A stretch of 64,000 nt of DNA from Candidatus Kapaibacterium sp. Its GTDB lineage: Bacteria; Bacteroidota; Ignavibacteria; Kapaibacteriales; UBA2268. Shown one piece after another: positions 59,812 through 64,000 of this stretch (positions within the stretch are counted from its first letter, which is position 1; every line of letters begins with the position of its first letter). The translations under genes were made by a program, and so were the position numbers. The stretch is from assembly GCA_963664875.1 (NCBI GenBank), contig OY761611.1, positions 3,200,001 to 3,264,000 of the forward strand, written 5' to 3'. The notes beneath the pieces are model-generated. The model was not told the DNA's origin and did not search any database. It saw only the letters and a program-made list of their open reading frames with translations.

Positions 59812-61911
59812 ATGACTACCCGAATATACATATTGATTTTGATGTTTGTAATGCTTTTTGGCTCTGTTGATGCACAGAGACTTAAAAGCACGGGTACGAT
59901 ACGTAATAACGGAAAAGGCAAGATTAAAGTAGAAGGTGCTCTCCAATCTAAAGATAATGGGGCTGTCATAGAGAACGAAGGCAAAATCATCATAGAGGGC
60001 AATGCTGAAATCAATCAGGACACTCTTGGTGGGTATGTCGAATATAATTGGAATGAAAATGTAGCTTATCAGTATGTACCGTCTTTGCATTATAAAAATG
60101 TGCATTTTTACGGTACAACTAAGAAACTACTGGATACCACCTACAAGAGAAATTTTGTAGCTATGGATACATTTTTTGTGAATAATGATGTGGAGATTCG
60201 TACTGATTCTTCGCATTATATCTATACTCAAGGCAGAGTAACACACAACGGATACATCAATAAAACAAGTCTGAAAGGTAAGCTGATTTACAAAGGCGAC
60301 GAAGTTCAAAATGTGGATGGTAAAGGCGAATACAAAGAGCTTGTTTTAGATAACCCCACATCCGCCAAGGTTATAAATGAGGGTGGCTTTAAAGTGGTTA
60401 CCTCTCTCGAATTGAAACAAGGTGAATTCCAAAATACAGATTCTACTAATTTCATTATGGGCAATAAAAGCAATCTTATCCGACATGTCGGTGCTTCTAT
60501 CGCTTATGAGCCGCAATTAGAAGGGCAACTTTCTGTAACGTACAAAGGTCAGGGCTCGCTTATCACTGGTGCCGAAATACCGAAAGGTACAAACGACCTT
60601 GCAAATCTGGAAATAAGTAATACGGATACTTTGTTTTTAGATAGAAATGTGGATGTGAATGACTCTCTATGGGTCAATGCTAATGTTGTAACAAACGATG
60701 ATACGCTTTCTCTCAGAAACAGAGTTAATCCGTTTTATGGTGCTTCTCCTGATTTAGAGATAGCAGGTAATTTCAGAAGAACTGTCATTGAAGTTGGTGA
60801 CACAATCCTTCTCAATAACAAATACACCTTTGCATTGTTTGAGTCTTTAGAAGACAAAGGCGATGTGGCTGAACTTACATTCCATATTTTACCATTAACT
60901 CAGCCTGATAACGGCAAAAAAAAGGTTAGTAGGCGTATAAATATTTCCGGTAGAGATTTAGCCGGAAATGAAATAGCAGACAAATTTAAAATGCAGTTCC
61001 GTTATGCATGGAGACATGCTCCGGGCGAAGATTATGATGAAACAAATAATCTAAAAGTAAGCGAACTTGTGCTTCAGAGGTGGAAAGATAATAACTGGAT
61101 TAATTTCCAATCCGACGAGCCTTTTATTTTGTCTGATGAATCTTGGGCTTATGGCTTTAGCAGTGTAGTAAATTCTACAGGTGTATTTGCCATAGGCGGG
61201 CCGGACTTCGAGTTGCTTGTTTTCAGAGCTAAAGTAATGCTGGAAGGTGCTTACCGCACCGGTAAATTTGCAACAATGGCTATGGATTTGAATAAGCGAA
61301 ACGAGATTCCATTGACTCCTCCGTCAAATTCTTATCCTTACAATTTAGATCCAAAACTTCCGACCTTGTCAGCAATTCCTGATTCTGTAGTGGACTGGGT
61401 TGTGCTCGAATTTAGAAAAGAAAAAGTAAATGCTGCAGAAAGATTTTTCAAAACTGCGTTTATCCGTTATGACGGTAGTATAGTCGGCATAGACGGCAAA
61501 AACGATATAGTGTTTGATTATGCAGATGGCATAGATTCCGGTGGCGGAGATTATTATGTATTTATTCGTCATAGAAATCACTTAATGCTTAGGTCTAAAA
61601 ATCCGTTACCGATTTACCCTGACAGCAATAACGTACTTTATGATTTCACTTCTAACAGTGATTTGATAGAGGGCGGTGTGCAGTCACTCAAACTGCTTGA
61701 TATTGACAAAGACGGCAATAGACTTTTTGGTTTGCGGGGTGGGTATAAGTTTGACCAAGTCGAAGACGATTTTAGATTCACATTAGATCCGGACAGATTG
61801 GCTGCCTATAAAGAATTTACTCTAATCGGTTATCTTTGGGGCGATTACAATATGGACGGTATAGTAAACACTAAAGATTTTAATATTAGCTGGAATAATA
61901 GACTCAAATAG
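59812..61911 (+). CDS. Secreted beta-helix/Ig module protein with C-terminal dockerin-like domain
   Basis: Signal ..VDA|Q; N-terminus resembles the 762-aa protein; C-terminal KVMLEGAY..DWVVLEFR..RHRNHL..GDYNMDGIVNTKDF. Confidence 0.8.
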   Translation: MTTRIYILILMFVMLFGSVDAQRLKSTGTIRNNGKGKIKVEGALQSKDNGAVIENEGKIIIEGNAEINQDTLGGYVEYNWNENVAYQYVPSLHYKNVHFYGTTKKLLDTTYKRNFVAMDTFFVNNDVEIRTDSSHYIYTQGRVTHNGYINKTSLKGKLIYKGDEVQNVDGKGEYKELVLDNPTSAKVINEGGFKVVTSLELKQGEFQNTDSTNFIMGNKSNLIRHVGASIAYEPQLEGQLSVTYKGQGSLITGAEIPKGTNDLANLEISNTDTLFLDRNVDVNDSLWVNANVVTNDDTLSLRNRVNPFYGASPDLEIAGNFRRTVIEVGDTILLNNKYTFALFESLEDKGDVAELTFHILPLTQPDNGKKKVSRRINISGRDLAGNEIADKFKMQFRYAWRHAPGEDYDETNNLKVSELVLQRWKDNNWINFQSDEPFILSDESWAYGFSSVVNSTGVFAIGGPDFELLVFRAKVMLEGAYRTGKFATMAMDLNKRNEIPLTPPSNSYPYNLDPKLPTLSAIPDSVVDWVVLEFRKEKVNAAERFFKTAFIRYDGSIVGIDGKNDIVFDYADGIDSGGGDYYVFIRHRNHLMLRSKNPLPIYPDSNNVLYDFTSNSDLIEGGVQSLKLLDIDKDGNRLFGLRGGYKFDQVEDDFRFTLDPDRLAAYKEFTLIGYLWGDYNMDGIVNTKDFNISWNNRLK

Positions 61912-61950
61912 AAAAATGAAGCTACAATATCTATTGAGTAATATAATGAA

Positions 61951-63231
61951 ATGAAAAAACTTCTCCTCTACATATTGGCATTTTTTGCATTCATTGGCAG
62001 CTTGCGTTCGCAAGAGCAGGCAGCTTTTGTGCAAATATATAATACATACAGAATATCTTCTGATGTACTCTCTTTCCAATTAATCATGGGTAGAAGCAAT
62101 GAAAACTGGTACAAATTTGCAAACGGCACTTATCAGCTACAGTTTTCAGACGGCTCTCTAATAAATTCGACTTTGTACAGAATCGATTTGATATCATCGG
62201 ATCTTAAGCTTGCAACAGTAGCCGGTGGAGATGATTTGCAAAAAGATGCTTACACGATTGATCCGGTAGTCTTTAATGACAGATTCAGCATTACAATAGT
62301 CGGACCTGAAACATTAGATGATTGTGCTACCATACCTACTGATGAGACAGTGTTGCTCGGCGAATTTCAAATCTCTTCCAAAGATGGTGCGACTGTTCCT
62401 GATGTATTAGTCTGGAAAACACCTTTGCTTTTTTATCAGGCTTGTGCTTACAAAACTGATAAAGATTCACTTGATGGTTTTATCACACGCTTTACCATCG
62501 AGGACAATATAGAGATGCACGACGAAATTTCGTCTTATGTAGATTTTAAAACTGATGATTCTGAGCGGCCTGCCATGCGTCTTGTCGAATTTACTGCACA
62601 GTATGTAGGTGGTAAAAATGTAAAATTAGATTGGAGAACTGACGAAGAAGCATATAACAAAGGCTTTATAGTCAGAAGAGCTCCAAGACCTGATATGTTC
62701 CAGCAGAGCAATGAACTGGTTTATAATCATGAAGTCTCCTCTTTTACTTATGATAATCGTTTGCTTGGAGCCGGCACGACAAAGCAGCCTCAGACTTACG
62801 AATATTATTATGATTCTGTCGAATATAGAGGTGGCGATTATTGCTATGAGTTGCTATATGAAGATTTCGAAGGCAATGTAACTACTTTGGCTTATGCCTG
62901 TGCACCTGTGCCGAATGCAGTAATCGTATATGCAGCACCTTCGGAAAATCCATTTAGAGAATCAACACGAATAGATTATATTGTAGATGATGATGTTACG
63001 ATGACCGTAACAGTCTATGAGCTTGGTGGCAAAGAGATTACCAAACTTTCCGACGAATCAGGTCAATTGTTAGATGGTGTAGTTGTCAAAAAAGGAGAAC
63101 ACAGCACCACCTTTAATGCGTCAGAATTATCATCGCAGGGTATGTATGATGTAATATTTATAGCATATCCGATAGACGACCCATCGGTAGAACTCTCAAG
63201 AGCGGTTGTAAAACTTCAACTAATGAGGTAG
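61951..63231 (+). CDS. T9SS-sorted protein with N-terminal beta-sandwich (cohesin-like?) domain
   Basis: Signal ..LRS|Q; LVEFTA..LDWRT..NKGFIVRR domain; CTD PSENPF..TRIDY..VYELGGKEI..LSSQGMY..KLQLMR. Confidence 0.78.
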   Translation: MKKLLLYILAFFAFIGSLRSQEQAAFVQIYNTYRISSDVLSFQLIMGRSNENWYKFANGTYQLQFSDGSLINSTLYRIDLISSDLKLATVAGGDDLQKDAYTIDPVVFNDRFSITIVGPETLDDCATIPTDETVLLGEFQISSKDGATVPDVLVWKTPLLFYQACAYKTDKDSLDGFITRFTIEDNIEMHDEISSYVDFKTDDSERPAMRLVEFTAQYVGGKNVKLDWRTDEEAYNKGFIVRRAPRPDMFQQSNELVYNHEVSSFTYDNRLLGAGTTKQPQTYEYYYDSVEYRGGDYCYELLYEDFEGNVTTLAYACAPVPNAVIVYAAPSENPFRESTRIDYIVDDDVTMTVTVYELGGKEITKLSDESGQLLDGVVVKKGEHSTTFNASELSSQGMYDVIFIAYPIDDPSVELSRAVVKLQLMR

Positions 63232-63236
63232 CCGGC

Positions 63237-64000
63237 ATGTTGCTCAAAAATATCGCATTATTATTTTTAGTTTTAGCAAGTACTAAGTTACTTGCTATTG
63301 ATTTTATTACTCCGCAAGCAGATGAAACAATAATCGCAGGCAGTACCTATAAGCTGACTTGGGAGGAAAAACCCGGTTCCTCGTACAACTTATTCTACTC
63401 TGAAGACGGCGGTGAAAATTATACCCAAATTGCCGAAAATGTAACTACCAACGAATATGATTGGCAAGTTCCCGAATTGAACGAATTGAATATTAAACTA
63501 CTTTGTGTAGCTAATTATTTTGTAGAACCACAGCTTTTGTATTCAGAAGATTTGCAATCGGGTAGAGTAAACTCCATATCTTATTCAGAAGATGGTAAGC
63601 AAATACTGATTACTACATTTGATAATAATATCTACGTCTATTCTCCAACATTTACGAGAGTGCAAGTCTTTCCGTTCCCTACTTTAGAAACCATTTTTGA
63701 TGCTGATTTCATAGGGCACGGCACAATAATATTTAGTTCCGGTGGCAGAGTATATTCTTTTCAAATAATGGATGGCATACCACATGAAATTGCAGCAGGG
63801 AATTTTGATATAAACGAAAACATAGAAAAACTGGAATATGGCAGTTCTCGTTTGGAAATTGCGGCAGCTTCTTATGACGGATCTTTCAAAGTGATAGATT
63901 ATCTGACAGGTATTGCAAAAAAAAGCTTTAATTCGGTAGATGGGCATGAATTTTATAGCCTGAAATATTCAAAATACGAAAAATACATTGCTGCCGGCGA
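63237..64000 (+). CDS. Secreted protein with Ig-like domain and WD40-like propeller, 3' end outside window
   Basis: Manual translation MLLKNIALLFLVLASTKLLA..YKLTW..YSEDGGENY..YDWQVP..VNSISYSEDGKQIL..AASYDGSFKVID, open to the edge. Confidence 0.75.
   Translation, partial: MLLKNIALLFLVLASTKLLAIDFITPQADETIIAGSTYKLTWEEKPGSSYNLFYSEDGGENYTQIAENVTTNEYDWQVPELNELNIKLLCVANYFVEPQLLYSEDLQSGRVNSISYSEDGKQILITTFDNNIYVYSPTFTRVQVFPFPTLETIFDADFIGHGTIIFSSGGRVYSFQIMDGIPHEIAAGNFDINENIEKLEYGSSRLEIAAASYDGSFKVIDYLTGIAKKSFNSVDGHEFYSLKYSKYEKYIAAG

Noticed and set aside
2528-63947. Many short antisense or overlapping ORFs in the track (e.g. 2528-2818, 9743-10072, 23386-23595, 30159-30461, 36297-36839, 39772-40059, 44341-44814)
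   Set aside because: They shadow well-supported genes or lie in AT-rich intergenic DNA, with no motifs or plausible starts.
1-64000. tRNA, rRNA or anti-phage defence genes
   Set aside because: None recognised by eye; the methyltransferases are RNA or small-molecule types with no restriction partners.

Overview
AT-rich bacterial DNA, most consistent with the FCB group (Ignavibacteria/Kapabacteria-like), judged from T9SS-type C-terminal domains, Gln-first mature N-termini and TAnnTTTG promoter elements. Left to right: a truncated large beta-helix secreted protein; a TonB-dependent receptor; a methyltransferase-MATE-rsgA cluster with an attenuator-like leader; an orphan Rhs toxin/immunity array (one papain/NlpC-like C-terminus, one colicin-M-like C-terminus); a T9SS cargo protein; an orphan OmpR regulator; nested palindromic MITE/REP elements; and housekeeping genes (carbonic anhydrase, comM, slyD, lon, arfB, rsmD, ogg, rlmL-like, oadA/pycB-like, nadE). 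The most striking part is 42-64 kb. A NarL regulator precedes an S74 tail-fibre protein, a 4262-aa modular beta-helix protein, a probably highly expressed single-module paralogue with its own promoter region and terminator, a module protein ending in a dockerin-like domain, and a T9SS-sorted protein. I infer a previously undescribed surface filament built by head-to-tail beta-helix complementation. All calls are by eye; no searches were run.
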